A stretch of 64,000 bases of DNA, from NCBI GenBank assembly GCA_030648835.1, contig JAUSGT010000002.1, forward strand, positions 200,081 through 264,080, given 5' to 3'. Shown here piece by piece: positions 30,174-40,979 of the stretch. The DNA is from Candidatus Moraniibacteriota bacterium (lineage in GTDB: Bacteria > Patescibacteriota > Minisyncoccia > Moranbacterales > UBA1568). The first letter of the stretch is position 1, and every line of letters begins with the position of its first letter. The notes beneath the pieces were generated by a model. The model searched no databases and was not told the DNA's origin. It saw nothing but the letters and a program-made list of their open reading frames with translations. Both the position numbers and the translations under genes were made by a program.

Positions 30174-31202
30174 ATGTCACAAAAAGAAGTCAAAAAAAGT
30201 AAATCGGCGCCGTATGAATCGGAACTGCGTCAGGATATCGTCACCGGCGACTGGGTGGTAATCGCGACCGGGCGAGCCAAACGTCCGCAGGAATTTGCTG
30301 AAGGCAAGCGCGTTATCACGGATGATGCCGTTGACCCTTTTGAGAATCCGGAGGAAAGTGGTCAAGAGAAAGACGTACTTATCTATAACCGCGAGGATGG
30401 GGAGTGGAGTTTGCGCGTGTTCCCCAATAAATACCCGGCATTTTCGCGTGGTCGGGCAGCCCGAGAACTTTCCGAGGGACCGTATTTTGCTATGACCGGT
30501 GTGGGGTATCATGAGATAGTGGTGACGCGCGATCCCAAACTCTCCCTTGCTCTTCTGGATGTTTGGCAAGGAGCCGAAGTGTTTGATGCGTATCAGGATC
30601 GATATCTTTCTCTGATGAACAAAAAAAGCGTCAATTATATCCAAATATTCCATAATCACGGCAAAGAAGCCGGTGCGTCCATCGCGCATCCGCACTCGCA
30701 GCTGATGGCGGTGCCGGTTGTTTCGCCGTATATCGCTCTCGAACTTAAAGGAGCGGAAGAATATTTCCTTAGCCACAAGCGCAAGGTTTATAGCGTGATG
30801 ACGGAATATGAAAGCCAAGCAAAAAAACGGGTCATTTTCGAAAACGAACATTTTATCGCTTTTTGTCCTTTTGCTTCGCGGGTGGCTTTTGAAATCTGGG
30901 TAGTCGGAAAACGGGAGAACCCTTACTTCGAACGTATTACCGATGATGAAAAATTTTCCTTGGCGGAAATAACGCAGAAGGCGCTCTATGCAATCTATCG
31001 GGGTCTCGGTGATCCACCCTATAATTTTTATATCCATACCTCTCCCTGCGATGGGAAAGATTATCCGCATTATCAGTGGCATATCGAGATTTTGCCACAT
31101 ACGGCGACTTGGGCCGGTTTTGAGCTTTCCACCGGTATAGAAATTTCAACCATTCAACCGGAAGTGGCGGGAGAGTACTTGCGCGAACAACTGAGTAAGT
31201 AA
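30174..31202 (+). CDS. galT: Galactose-1-phosphate uridylyltransferase (HIT superfamily)
   Basis: HNHGKEAGASIAHPHSQLMA HIT-like motif and length of about 340 aa. Confidence 0.75.
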   Translation: MSQKEVKKSKSAPYESELRQDIVTGDWVVIATGRAKRPQEFAEGKRVITDDAVDPFENPEESGQEKDVLIYNREDGEWSLRVFPNKYPAFSRGRAARELSEGPYFAMTGVGYHEIVVTRDPKLSLALLDVWQGAEVFDAYQDRYLSLMNKKSVNYIQIFHNHGKEAGASIAHPHSQLMAVPVVSPYIALELKGAEEYFLSHKRKVYSVMTEYESQAKKRVIFENEHFIAFCPFASRVAFEIWVVGKRENPYFERITDDEKFSLAEITQKALYAIYRGLGDPPYNFYIHTSPCDGKDYPHYQWHIEILPHTATWAGFELSTGIEISTIQPEVAGEYLREQLSK

Positions 31203-31220
31203 CCGGGAGCAATCAATTGT

Positions 31221-32000
31221 ATGCGGAAATTCTATGTTGTTGGAAATCTGAAGATGAATATACTTTCACGTGAGGAAGTGACGCAGTATCTTTCGGTGCT
31301 CAAACGTGAAGCAGAAAACAAACACTATCAGCATGTGACCTTGGTCGTGTGCCCGCCGTTTCTCTATCTTTCCCAATTTGATGACTTGCCTCAGGGCATA
31401 GCAAAAGGTGCTCAGAATCTTTTTTCGGAGAAAAGCGGCGCATACACGGGAGAAATTTCGCCTGTGATGCTCAAGAACGACAATGTGGAGTATGTTATTT
31501 TGGGCCACAGCGAGCGCCGGCGTTATGGAGGCGAGACAAATGAGATGATCCGCGGAAAAATTCTTGCGGCCATCAAACATCATATGACACCAATCGTCTG
31601 TATCGGAGAGACGGAGAAAGAACGTCGCGCGGAAGAAACGGACAGGGCACTCGAGTTGCAGATAAAGACGCTTTTTTCCGGTTTTTCGAAATCGCAGGCA
31701 GAGCGGGTTATTGTCGCTTATGAACCACTCTGGGCTGTCGGAACCGATGTTGTGCCGACTACGGGCGAAATTCTCCAGGTGCGGGTGCTTCTCAGAAAAT
31801 TATTTACCGAAATGTTTGACGCGGAGACAGCAGGGCGGATAGTTATTCTCTACGGTGGTTCGGTCAAGAGTTCTTTCTTGGGAGCGGTTTCTTGGGAGGC
31901 CGAGATGGATGGAGTGTTGGTCGGACGGGAAAGTCTTTTCCCTTATGAACTGGTGAAGATGATGGGTCTTTTTGAAGAAGCAGCGGGAAAAGAATTATAG
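31221..32000 (+). CDS. tpiA: Triosephosphate isomerase
   Basis: GNLKMN, ILGHSERR, AYEPLWAVGT, YGGSV motifs. Confidence 0.9.
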   Translation: MRKFYVVGNLKMNILSREEVTQYLSVLKREAENKHYQHVTLVVCPPFLYLSQFDDLPQGIAKGAQNLFSEKSGAYTGEISPVMLKNDNVEYVILGHSERRRYGGETNEMIRGKILAAIKHHMTPIVCIGETEKERRAEETDRALELQIKTLFSGFSKSQAERVIVAYEPLWAVGTDVVPTTGEILQVRVLLRKLFTEMFDAETAGRIVILYGGSVKSSFLGAVSWEAEMDGVLVGRESLFPYELVKMMGLFEEAAGKEL

Positions 32001-32097
32001 TCCGTAGTATGTATTGGGTATTACGTAGTATGAAAAAGAAAAATCCAATACGTAACAAATTTAATACTCAATATCAAATACTTAATACCTCCTCACT

Positions 32098-32955
32098 ATG
32101 CTCGTAGATGTCAAAACGATGTTGGAAAAAGCGCGGCTGGGCAAATATGCCGTGGGTGCTTTCAACACCGTCAATTTGGAAACGACGCGAGCGATTATTG
32201 AGGCAGCCAAAGAACTGGCTGCGCCGGTTATTGTCCAAGTGACGGAGAAGACTCTTGATTATGCCGGCGGTCGGGCAATTTTTAATCTGATCAAGAATAT
32301 CGCGGAATTTTACGCGGCGGATATCCCGGTCGGGATTCATCTCGATCATGGTAAGAGCTTTGAGGCGGTGGAACGGGCGGTGGATATCGGTTTTACATCG
32401 GTTATGTATGACGGATCGCGCAAAGAATACGTCGACAATATAATGACAACCAAGAAAATTGTCGACATCGCTCACGCTCGCGGCATCGTAGTACAGGCGG
32501 AACTCGGTAATGTTCCTTACCTCGGCGAGATGCAGATGGAGAATATCCAGTGGGAAAAGTATATGACTGATCCGGATCAGGCACTGCAGTTTGTCAAAGA
32601 GACGGGGGCGGACACTCTGGCGGTGGCTATCGGGAATGCTCATGGTTTTTTCCAGGAACGCAGCGAGCCGGACTATGAGCGGTTGGAGATGATCGCAAAG
32701 CGTGTGGCTATTCCCTTGGTATTGCATGGGGCTTCTGATTGGAACAATGGTCGGGTACAAGAGGTCATCGCGCGTGGCATCAGTTGTTTCAATATTGATA
32801 CGGCGCTCAGATTGGCGTTTATCGGTGGTCTTCGTGAAGCTCTGCACGCCGAAGAGGAAACAGATTTGCGCAAGGTGCTGACCAAGGCCAAGGAGTATAC
32901 CAAAGGGGCAATCAAAGAAAAGATTATCTCTTTCGGGAGTGCGGGGAAAGCATAG
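32098..32955 (+). CDS. fba: Class II fructose-bisphosphate aldolase
   Basis: YAVGAFN...HLDHG class II aldolase motifs. Confidence 0.85.
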   Translation: MLVDVKTMLEKARLGKYAVGAFNTVNLETTRAIIEAAKELAAPVIVQVTEKTLDYAGGRAIFNLIKNIAEFYAADIPVGIHLDHGKSFEAVERAVDIGFTSVMYDGSRKEYVDNIMTTKKIVDIAHARGIVVQAELGNVPYLGEMQMENIQWEKYMTDPDQALQFVKETGADTLAVAIGNAHGFFQERSEPDYERLEMIAKRVAIPLVLHGASDWNNGRVQEVIARGISCFNIDTALRLAFIGGLREALHAEEETDLRKVLTKAKEYTKGAIKEKIISFGSAGKA

Positions 32956-32992
32956 GGGGAGAATCAAGAATTATGAATTAAGCATAAAAAAT

Positions 32993-33997
32993 ATGTCAAA
33001 AAAACGAGTAGCCATTAATGGCTTTGGGCGTATCGGTCGGGCGGCATTCAAGATTGCTCTTGAAAAAAAAGATATTGAAGTGGTTGCCATCAATGATTTG
33101 ACGAGTGTCGGCACGCTTGCTCACCTTTTGAAGTACGATAGCGCGTATGGACATTATCGGAAATCGGTAACCGCGAGTGGTGGAAAACTGACGGTTGAAG
33201 GAAAGGCGTTTCCTGTGTATGCCGAGCCGGATCCGCGAAAACTCCCCTGGAAAGAACTCAGAGTAGATGTCGTGCTCGAGTGTACGGGCCGTTTTACCGG
33301 GAAGGATGGCGCGTATGGGCATATTGAAGCCGGAGCGAAAAAGGTGATTCTTTCGGCGCCGGTGAAAGAGGATGATGATTCGGTGCCGACTTTTCTTATA
33401 GGTGTCAACGAAGGGGAGTACAAAGATGAGGAGATTATTTCCAATGCGTCCTGCACGACCAATTCGTTGGCGCCGGTTGCTCAGGTACTCGACGATGTTT
33501 TCGGTATACAGAAGGCGCTTATGACGACGATTCACTCCTATACCGGGGACCAGAATATTCAGGATGGCCCGCACAAGGATTTGAGACGCGCTCGGGCAGC
33601 CGCGCAAAATATCGTGCCGACGACGACGGGAGCCGCTTTGGCGGTGACCGAAGTGATCCCGAAACTTACGGGACTCTTCGATGGTATTGCTGTCCGTGTC
33701 CCGACGATTGTCGTATCGCTCTCGGATTGCACCTTCCTTCTGAAACGCAAAACGACAAAAGAAGAAATCAATCAGGCTTTGAAAAATGCTGCTCTCGATG
33801 TGCGCTATGCGTCGGTGCTTTCCGTTACGGAAGAGCCGCTCGTGTCGTCGGATTTTATCGGCAATCCCTACTCGAGTATCGTCGATCTCTCTCTGACAAA
33901 AGTAGTGGACGGCGATCTCGTTAAGGTGGTTGCATGGTATGACAATGAGTGGGGATATTCGAATCGTTTGGTAGAAATGGTAGAGTTGGTTGGATAA
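32993..33997 (+). CDS. gap: Glyceraldehyde-3-phosphate dehydrogenase
   Basis: INGFGRIGR NAD-binding motif and SCTTN catalytic Cys region. Start at the internal ATG (MSKKRVAING). Confidence 0.95.
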   Translation: MSKKRVAINGFGRIGRAAFKIALEKKDIEVVAINDLTSVGTLAHLLKYDSAYGHYRKSVTASGGKLTVEGKAFPVYAEPDPRKLPWKELRVDVVLECTGRFTGKDGAYGHIEAGAKKVILSAPVKEDDDSVPTFLIGVNEGEYKDEEIISNASCTTNSLAPVAQVLDDVFGIQKALMTTIHSYTGDQNIQDGPHKDLRRARAAAQNIVPTTTGAALAVTEVIPKLTGLFDGIAVRVPTIVVSLSDCTFLLKRKTTKEEINQALKNAALDVRYASVLSVTEEPLVSSDFIGNPYSSIVDLSLTKVVDGDLVKVVAWYDNEWGYSNRLVEMVELVG

Positions 33998-34014
33998 AAA
34001 TGTGAAAGAGAAAT

Positions 34015-35112
34015 ATGGCAAAAACCGTACAGGGACAAAATACTTCGGGAGAAAACAAAAGGCGGTTGCAAGAAATCGCTGAGACGCGATTTGGCGTGCT
34101 TTCAGACGATGAAATTCTTCGTTTTTTGGCTCAGCGCAAGCAACTTTCCGATCTGGAGCGGGAATACGAAAAAGTGCAAAAAGAAGAGGAATTTCGTTTG
34201 GAGCAGGAAAGAAGAAAAGAGGAAAGTTTGAAGGCGACGGAAAAAAAGAAAATTGCTATTCTCGAAAAAATTAAGGAACTCAATAAATCTATTTCCGGAG
34301 AAGTGTCGGATGATGACCTTCTCATTCTCGTTTCACACCGAAGAGAATTGGAAAAAGAATTGGAAGAATTGGGAGGTGGGGCTACTCCGCAAAAAGAAAA
34401 AGTCTCACCAAGACCTGTTTCTCCTTCGCGCGTGGGAGAAAATACTCTCCCCGAAAAGGAATCCCCGAAGACAGCGGTGCCAAACGCCCGGAAAGAAGCC
34501 GCCCCAGGAGACGGAGAGAAAAGAGCTTCAACCGAAGGCTCTTTGCAGAAACTTGCGGGCCACGTCGAAGAAGGATACGGGAGTGAAAAGATACTGAGCA
34601 ATGGGACCCAAGAGGACAGCCAGTTTCATCGTTACCTCGATCAGTTGAAAAACAACGTCGGATCTTTGGGGACACTTCTTCAGGATATGCCACTCGACGC
34701 CAAAAAAAATAAAGCATTTATGTTGAAGGTGGCGGAAATAGATCCTGCTTACGCTATGCACTTCGCGGACAAGGATGCACTCAAAAAGGACGAGAGTTTC
34801 AATATTCAGGTGGTTTCTTTGAAAAACCAACGCAATTCCGGAAACGCCTTGGCTGAGATGCTCCCGGAAGCAAGAACGTCAAAGGTTCTTCTGGCGGCCG
34901 TGAAACAGGACTATCGCAATGTCAGATTTATTCAGCCGAATATGGCGGATTATGAGGAAATGATAAACATAGCGAAGACAGGAGCATTGGAGAAAGTGAG
35001 GAGTCTCAAAGAGGCCGTGGATATGAGGCTGCTTATTCCGAAACTGCTGGGACAGGATAAGCAGTTTATGCTTCAGGTAAAAGAAATGACGGATCCAAAG
35101 AAAGAAGAATAG
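34015..35112 (+). CDS. Hypothetical charged coiled-coil protein (365 aa)
   Basis: E/K-rich. No recognisable catalytic motif. Confidence 0.5.
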   Translation: MAKTVQGQNTSGENKRRLQEIAETRFGVLSDDEILRFLAQRKQLSDLEREYEKVQKEEEFRLEQERRKEESLKATEKKKIAILEKIKELNKSISGEVSDDDLLILVSHRRELEKELEELGGGATPQKEKVSPRPVSPSRVGENTLPEKESPKTAVPNARKEAAPGDGEKRASTEGSLQKLAGHVEEGYGSEKILSNGTQEDSQFHRYLDQLKNNVGSLGTLLQDMPLDAKKNKAFMLKVAEIDPAYAMHFADKDALKKDESFNIQVVSLKNQRNSGNALAEMLPEARTSKVLLAAVKQDYRNVRFIQPNMADYEEMINIAKTGALEKVRSLKEAVDMRLLIPKLLGQDKQFMLQVKEMTDPKKEE

Positions 35113-35138
35113 ATTTTCAAACAAATTATGAGGAAGGT

Positions 35139-36734
35139 ATGTATGATATTTTGATAAAAAATGGGACTATCATCGATGGCAGCGGCCGGCCGATGTACCG
35201 TGCGGATATCGCGATCAGAGGGGATTCGATCGTCACAATAGATGATTTGACCGAAGCCAAGGCGGAGCGCGTGATTGACGCGACGGGACAGTATGTTGCT
35301 CCGGGTTTTATTGATGTCAACAACCATTCCGATACGTATTGGCAACTGCTTGCTCACCCGGAACTGGAGAGTCTTCTCTATCAGGGGGTGACGACAATTA
35401 TCGGCGGTAATTCGGGATCATCCTTGGCGCCGCTCTCTGACGCGAAGATCATTCGTTCCATCCAAAAATGGACGGATGTGGAAAAAATCAATTTTAATTG
35501 GCTTTCCATGAAGGACTTTTTGCGGGAGATCGATCGTCGTCGCCCCGCCGTCAATTTTGCCACTTTCGTTGGTCATGGGACGATTCGGCGTGGCGCGATG
35601 AAGGATAAAACACGCGTCATCACACCGGAGGAAATTCAAGTCATGCAAAGAATGTTGGAAACCGCTCTGGGAGAAGGCGCTATTGGGTTGTCTACCGGGC
35701 TTTTGTATACGCACGCGCGTGGTGCTGGGGCAAGAGAACTTTTAGCGCTTGTCAGAACTGCTGTTTCTCAGGGGGGGATATATGCCACGTATGTGCGTGA
35801 TGAAGGACAGGGTCTCGTGAAATCGGTTGAAGAAGCGATTACCGTCGCTCGTGATGCCGGGGCGTCGCTTCATATTTCACACCTCAAGGCGGTGGGGGAG
35901 AATAACTGGCATCTTATGGATGAGGCCTTCAATCTTATCGAAACAGCGGCGCTTTCCGGTCTTGATGTGAGTTTTGATGTCTACCCGTACACGACGACGG
36001 GGTCGGTACTCTATACACTGCTTCCGGAATGGGTGACACAAGAAGGGCGCAAGATGATGCTCGCGCGTTTGAAGGATCCGAGTGTCCGGAGCACTATAGA
36101 AAGAGATATGCGTCAGAAAGAGATTGATTATTCACAAATTCTTGTCTCTTCGTCGGCTTTAAGCAAGATGTTGTCACGCCGCAAGATTTCCGAAATCGCG
36201 GCTTCACAAGGGAAATCCCCGGAAGAAACCATACTTGATTTTCTTATAGCCAGCAATGGTCAGGCAATTGTTTCTTTGGAAGCTCTTTCGGAAAAGAATG
36301 TTTTGAAAGCCATTCAACATCCGTTTTCCATTATTTCGAGCAACGGTGCCGGGTACGATGTCGCGCATGCGAAAACCGGAGAATTGGTGCACCCTCGCAA
36401 TTTTGGAACATTCCCCAAGGTGTTTTCCGAATATGTGCGCAAACAAAAAGCGCTTTCCTGGGAAGAGGCGGTGCATAAGATGAGTGGCAAACCGGCCGTA
36501 AAGTTTCAACTTGAAAAAAGAGGTTTCTTGCAGGAGGAGTATTTCGCTGATATAGTGGTGTTTCAGCCGGAAACCATCACTGATCGGGCTACCATGGAGG
36601 ACCCGTATCAGTACGCGACGGGGATATCCTCCGTTATCATCAATGGTTTTCTGGTGATGGAAGAGGGGAAACTCCTCCCTGGGAAACGACATGGGGTAGT
36701 TCTTCAGAGGAAGAGAGGTTGGTTTGGACGGTAG
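35139..36734 (+). CDS. N-acyl-D-amino-acid deacylase-like amidohydrolase
   Basis: APGFIDVNNHSD metal-binding motif in an amidohydrolase fold, 531 aa. Confidence 0.75.
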   Translation: MYDILIKNGTIIDGSGRPMYRADIAIRGDSIVTIDDLTEAKAERVIDATGQYVAPGFIDVNNHSDTYWQLLAHPELESLLYQGVTTIIGGNSGSSLAPLSDAKIIRSIQKWTDVEKINFNWLSMKDFLREIDRRRPAVNFATFVGHGTIRRGAMKDKTRVITPEEIQVMQRMLETALGEGAIGLSTGLLYTHARGAGARELLALVRTAVSQGGIYATYVRDEGQGLVKSVEEAITVARDAGASLHISHLKAVGENNWHLMDEAFNLIETAALSGLDVSFDVYPYTTTGSVLYTLLPEWVTQEGRKMMLARLKDPSVRSTIERDMRQKEIDYSQILVSSSALSKMLSRRKISEIAASQGKSPEETILDFLIASNGQAIVSLEALSEKNVLKAIQHPFSIISSNGAGYDVAHAKTGELVHPRNFGTFPKVFSEYVRKQKALSWEEAVHKMSGKPAVKFQLEKRGFLQEEYFADIVVFQPETITDRATMEDPYQYATGISSVIINGFLVMEEGKLLPGKRHGVVLQRKRGWFGR

Positions 36735-36828
36735 TGTTTGGAAACTTCAAAATACAAATTTCAAATTTTAAAATTAGAGACTGAATAAAAACAGTCTGTT
36801 TATGTATCCATCATAAATTTTTTCTGGT

Positions 36829-38232
36829 ATGCTGCAAGAATCATTTTTCAAAGATAAGCGGATTACCGTGTTTGGCCTTGGCCTCAATACGGGGGGTGTG
36901 GGGACGGTCAAATTTCTTGTGGAGCGAGGTGTCCGCGAGGTTATCGTGACTGATATCAAGTCGCGCGAAGAGCTTGAGCCGTCGCTTCAAAAACTGGCGA
37001 AATACAAGAACGTGACGTACGTGCTTGGTCAACATCGGCCGGAGAATTTCACGCACGTTGATATGGTAATCAAAAATCCCGTCATCCCTTGGACGAATGA
37101 ATATGTGAAGTTGGCAGAAAAGCATGGCGTACCGGTAGAGATGGATTCAAGTATCTTTTTTGCGTTGTGTCGGGTACCGATAATCGGTGTGACAGGAGCC
37201 AAAGGGAAGACGACGACGGCGACTTTGATTGCGCATATATTGGAAAAAGCCGGCAAATCCGTTACCCGCGTCGGCATTGGACAGGCAGGCGTTCTCGGAA
37301 CGTTGGGGGATATTACACCGGAAAGCGTTGTCGTGTTCGAGCTTTCTTCATGGCGGCTTTCGGCGCTTGGTCGTCTCAAAAAAAGTCCGCACGTAGCTGT
37401 TTTGACAAATATCTATCCGGACCACCTCAATTATTACAAGACAATGGCCGCGTACATTGCCGACAAAAAAAATATCTTTTTGTTTCAGAAACAGAAAGAT
37501 ATTTTGGTAGCCAGTTTCGATGATGTGGAAATACGCACCATGGCGCAAGATGCCAAAGGAATACTGCTCTGGTTTTCCAAAGGACTGGAGGTCGATGGCG
37601 ATGGCGCATGGGTGAAAGACGAAAAAATATATATACGCAGACAAGGGAGCGTACAGGAGTTGCTTCCGCTCGAACACGTCCCTTTCAAGGGTGAACACAA
37701 TATGGGGAATATTGTGGCGGCGGTTGTTGCAACTCTGGCTTACGGAATATCTCCGAAACAAATTGCCAGCGGGATAAGGAGTTTTGTCGGATTACCGCAT
37801 CGTTTGGAGTATATAGGAGAGAAAAAGGGTGTTGGGTATTACAACGATACGGCGGCGACAATACCGGAAGCAACCATTGCCGCCCTGCGTTCTTTTACGG
37901 AGCCGGTTATTCTTATTGCCGGAGGGAGCGATAAACGCCTGGATTTCGGCACGTTGGCCAAAGAAATTCTTAAACGTTCCAAGGGGCTGATTCTTTTCAA
38001 GGGTGATGCGACGGAAAAACTTTTGCAAGCGCTGAAAGAAGCGCTGCCCGCAGGGGAAAAGGAACGTTCTTTTGAGGTAGTGGAAAGCATGGCTAAGGCA
38101 GTGGAATTGGCAACTCGCGGTGCGGAACCGGGCGATATCGTTCTTCTTTCCCCCGGCGCGACAAGCTTTGGAATTTTTAAAAATGAATTTGATCGTGGAG
38201 AACAATTTCGCAAAAGCGTCAGTGAACTATAA
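36829..38232 (+). CDS. murD: UDP-N-acetylmuramoylalanine--D-glutamate ligase
   Basis: ITVFGLGLNTGG Rossmann N-terminus and GVTGAKGKTTT Mur-ligase P-loop. Confidence 0.9.
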   Translation: MLQESFFKDKRITVFGLGLNTGGVGTVKFLVERGVREVIVTDIKSREELEPSLQKLAKYKNVTYVLGQHRPENFTHVDMVIKNPVIPWTNEYVKLAEKHGVPVEMDSSIFFALCRVPIIGVTGAKGKTTTATLIAHILEKAGKSVTRVGIGQAGVLGTLGDITPESVVVFELSSWRLSALGRLKKSPHVAVLTNIYPDHLNYYKTMAAYIADKKNIFLFQKQKDILVASFDDVEIRTMAQDAKGILLWFSKGLEVDGDGAWVKDEKIYIRRQGSVQELLPLEHVPFKGEHNMGNIVAAVVATLAYGISPKQIASGIRSFVGLPHRLEYIGEKKGVGYYNDTAATIPEATIAALRSFTEPVILIAGGSDKRLDFGTLAKEILKRSKGLILFKGDATEKLLQALKEALPAGEKERSFEVVESMAKAVELATRGAEPGDIVLLSPGATSFGIFKNEFDRGEQFRKSVSEL

Positions 38233-38349
38233 CTTGTAGTTGTTACTTTTTCCTTTGTTTCAAACGAATCTTAGCTCCCGGTAATATATTGGTTATTGAT
38301 ACGTCCTTTCAGTAGGGGTTTTGAAGAATCTTTTTAAAATGCAATAGTT

Positions 38350-39585
38350 ATGAACAATCCTCTCGAATCTGCTCGTCAGCAGCTGGCCAATATACAAACC
38401 ATACTAAAAATTGATCCGAATATCTTCGAACGTCTGCTGTACCCCGATCGGATGATCGAGGTGGCGGTACCGGTCAAGATGGATGACGGTACGACAAAAA
38501 TATTTATTGGGTACCGCTGCCAGCATAATAACGCGCGTGGACCGTACAAGGGCGGGATCCGTTTCCATCCTGGCGTGACGCGCGAAGAAGTCATGGCTCT
38601 TTCGATGTGGATGACGTGGAAAACAGCTGTCGTGGATATTCCCCTTGGTGGCGGCAAGGGTGGCGTGATAGTGGATGTCAAACAACTTTCACAGAGAGAA
38701 TTGGAAGCCCTTTCTCGCAGTTACATGCAGGCAATTTTTCCTCTCGTGGGGAAAAATCAAGACGTGCCGGCGCCGGATGTTTCGACGGATGCCCGCATCA
38801 TGGGCTACATGCTTGATGAATATGAGAGTCTTTTGGGTGAGCGTGCTCCCGGGGTGATTACCGGAAAACCGTTGTCCATCGGTGGGTCGCTCGGTCGTGG
38901 CTACGCGACAGCGCAAGGAGCCTTCTATATATTGGAGCGGGCGGCCGAAAAACTGCATCTCGGTAAAGAAGCGAGCGTGTTGATTCAAGGGTTCGGCAAC
39001 GGCGGCGGACATTTGGCACGGATGCTTCATAAAGCCGGCTATAAGGTTGTCGCCATAGCTGATTCGAAAACGACAGTATATCGGAGCGAGGGACTCGATG
39101 TGGTAGAAGTGGATGAACACAAGCGCATGACCGGTGACTTGAAAACTTGTGAAGGATGTGAGAAGCTGCCAATCGATGCGGTACTCTCTCTTCCGGCGGA
39201 CATCCTTGTGCCTGCGGCGCTCGAGAATGCGATTCACGCGGGGAATGCGGATACCGTACAGGCGAAACTCATTGTGGAAATTGCCAACGGACCTACGACA
39301 CCGGAAGCGGAAGAGATGCTTCTCAAGAAGGGGATTACGGTGGTACCGGATATTTTGGCCAATGCCGGGGGAGTAGCTGTTTCGTATTTTGAGCAGGTGC
39401 AGAACGCGATGAACTACTCCTGGACGGAAGCGGAGGTCAATGTCAAACTGAAAGAGAAGATGGAAACGGCCTTTGAGGCAGTATGGGGTGAAAAAGAGCG
39501 TTATACTACATCTGTGCGTATGGGCGCGTACGCGCTCGCTGTGAGACGGGTGGCGCAGGCGATGCAGGATCGCGGGAGGATGTAA
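38350..39585 (+). CDS. gdhA: Glutamate dehydrogenase
   Basis: GGGKGG and GFGNGG(G)H nucleotide-binding motifs. Confidence 0.9.
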   Translation: MNNPLESARQQLANIQTILKIDPNIFERLLYPDRMIEVAVPVKMDDGTTKIFIGYRCQHNNARGPYKGGIRFHPGVTREEVMALSMWMTWKTAVVDIPLGGGKGGVIVDVKQLSQRELEALSRSYMQAIFPLVGKNQDVPAPDVSTDARIMGYMLDEYESLLGERAPGVITGKPLSIGGSLGRGYATAQGAFYILERAAEKLHLGKEASVLIQGFGNGGGHLARMLHKAGYKVVAIADSKTTVYRSEGLDVVEVDEHKRMTGDLKTCEGCEKLPIDAVLSLPADILVPAALENAIHAGNADTVQAKLIVEIANGPTTPEAEEMLLKKGITVVPDILANAGGVAVSYFEQVQNAMNYSWTEAEVNVKLKEKMETAFEAVWGEKERYTTSVRMGAYALAVRRVAQAMQDRGRM

Positions 39586-39591
39586 TTTTCA

Positions 39592-39762
39592 TTTACAAAA
39601 CTTTCTTTTTTCATTCATCGTATTTCCCGAACACTTCTGACTCACTCTGTCGAACAGGGAGCTGTCCTGTCGAGACCATCCGTCACGCTCGACTGTTACC
39701 GACTCGCTCGTCACAAATGTTACCGATAAATACGAGGTGAAGAAAAAAGGAGTCTTTGTAAA
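39592..39762. mobile_element. MITE-like repeat family A, copy 3 (lacks the central hairpin segment)
   Basis: Core cgaacacttctgactcactctgtcgaacagggagctgtcctgtcgagacc...gtcacaaatgttaccg bracketed by an imperfect ~38-bp inverted repeat. Sits immediately 3' of gdhA. Confidence 0.6.
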
Positions 39763-39790
39763 AAGAGGTAACTGTTTTAATTTCAAAATT

Positions 39791-40705
39791 ATGTACGATG
39801 TGATAATTATTGGTGGAGGACCGGGAGGAGTGGCAGCCGGAGTGTACGTAGCGCGCAAGCAATTGAAAACGCTGTTTATCACGGAGCATTTTCAAAGTCA
39901 ATCGGCGGTGTCGGCGAGTATTGAGAACTGGATCGGCACTCTCTCGATCACAGGGTGGGAGTTTGCGGGGATGCTCGAAAAGCATTTGCGGGCGCAGGAG
40001 GGGATTGAAATTGTTACGGAAGTGCGGGCGACCGCTGTTTTGGGAAAAGATGGTCATTACGTAGTGAAGACAACTGACAACAAAGAATACGAGACAAAAA
40101 CGATCATTATCGCGGCTGGTGGCCGACATCGTCATCTCGATATCCCCGGCGAAGAGAAGTTCAAGGGCAAGGGAGTTGTCTATTGTTCGACGTGTGATGC
40201 GCCGTTCTTTCGCGGTAAGTCAGTGGCTGTGGTGGGTGGCGGCAATGCGGGGTTGGAAGCTGTGGAGGACTTGTTACCGTACGCATCCGCAATCACGCTT
40301 TTGGTGCGCTCTGGTGTTCTCAAGGGTGATCCGGTGACGCAAGAAAAAGTTTTGGCGTCGGAAAAAGTAAAAGTGATGTACAATGTTTTGCCACAAGCGG
40401 TGTTGGGTGAGACAAATGTGGTCGGGCTGACATATAAAGACGCAAAGACCGGTGAAGAAAAAACATTACCGCTCGACGGTGTGTTTGTGGAAATTGGGAT
40501 GGTACCCAACACTGAATTCGTGAAAGATTTGCTCGACCTCAATCCGCGCGGAGAAATTATTCTTGACCATCGGACCAAGGCAACGTCCAAGCCGGGAATT
40601 TTCGCGACCGGTGACGCCACCGACGCCCCATATAAACAGAACAATATTTCCGCTGGTGATGGAGTAGTCGCCGCCTTGTCCGTGTATGATTACTTGCGCA
40701 GATAG
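39791..40705 (+). CDS. trxB: Thioredoxin reductase
   Basis: YDVIIIGGGPGG FAD motif and CSTCDAPFF redox CxxC. Start at the internal ATG. Confidence 0.9.
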   Translation: MYDVIIIGGGPGGVAAGVYVARKQLKTLFITEHFQSQSAVSASIENWIGTLSITGWEFAGMLEKHLRAQEGIEIVTEVRATAVLGKDGHYVVKTTDNKEYETKTIIIAAGGRHRHLDIPGEEKFKGKGVVYCSTCDAPFFRGKSVAVVGGGNAGLEAVEDLLPYASAITLLVRSGVLKGDPVTQEKVLASEKVKVMYNVLPQAVLGETNVVGLTYKDAKTGEEKTLPLDGVFVEIGMVPNTEFVKDLLDLNPRGEIILDHRTKATSKPGIFATGDATDAPYKQNNISAGDGVVAALSVYDYLRR

Positions 40706-40757
40706 AAGAGCTAACGCAATTAGCCGGATAGATTATAGAAGAGGCTGTTTTCTGAAA

Positions 40758-40782
40758 AAATGCTTTGTTTGAAGCATTTTTT
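40758..40782 (+). terminator. Rho-independent terminator after trxB (aaatgctt...aagcattt + T-run)
   Basis: 8-bp stem followed by ttttt. Confidence 0.5.
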
Positions 40783-40793
40783 ATGATTTGCTC

Positions 40794-40822
40794 TGGACAA
40801 AATTAACAAAAAGGTGTATACT
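40794..40822 (+). promoter_or_regulatory. Sigma70 promoter TGGACA-17-TATACT upstream of the DGR target gene
   Basis: Good hexamers at 17-nt spacing. A 5' UTR of about 150 nt follows, with a perfect 15-bp inverted repeat (ttttgccatagcgaa/ttcgctatggcaaaa). Confidence 0.5.
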
Positions 40823-40979
40823 AAGCGGTTCATTAAAAATTCATACTTTTGCCATAGCGAAGAGACTTTTCACATTTTTGGAAGCAAGGCTTCCAAAAAG
40901 AGGTGTTGTGGAAATTTTTTCGCTATGGCAAACTCGAAGACTCGAGAGCCCGCTGGCGTGTATCTGAAAGGAACAGACC

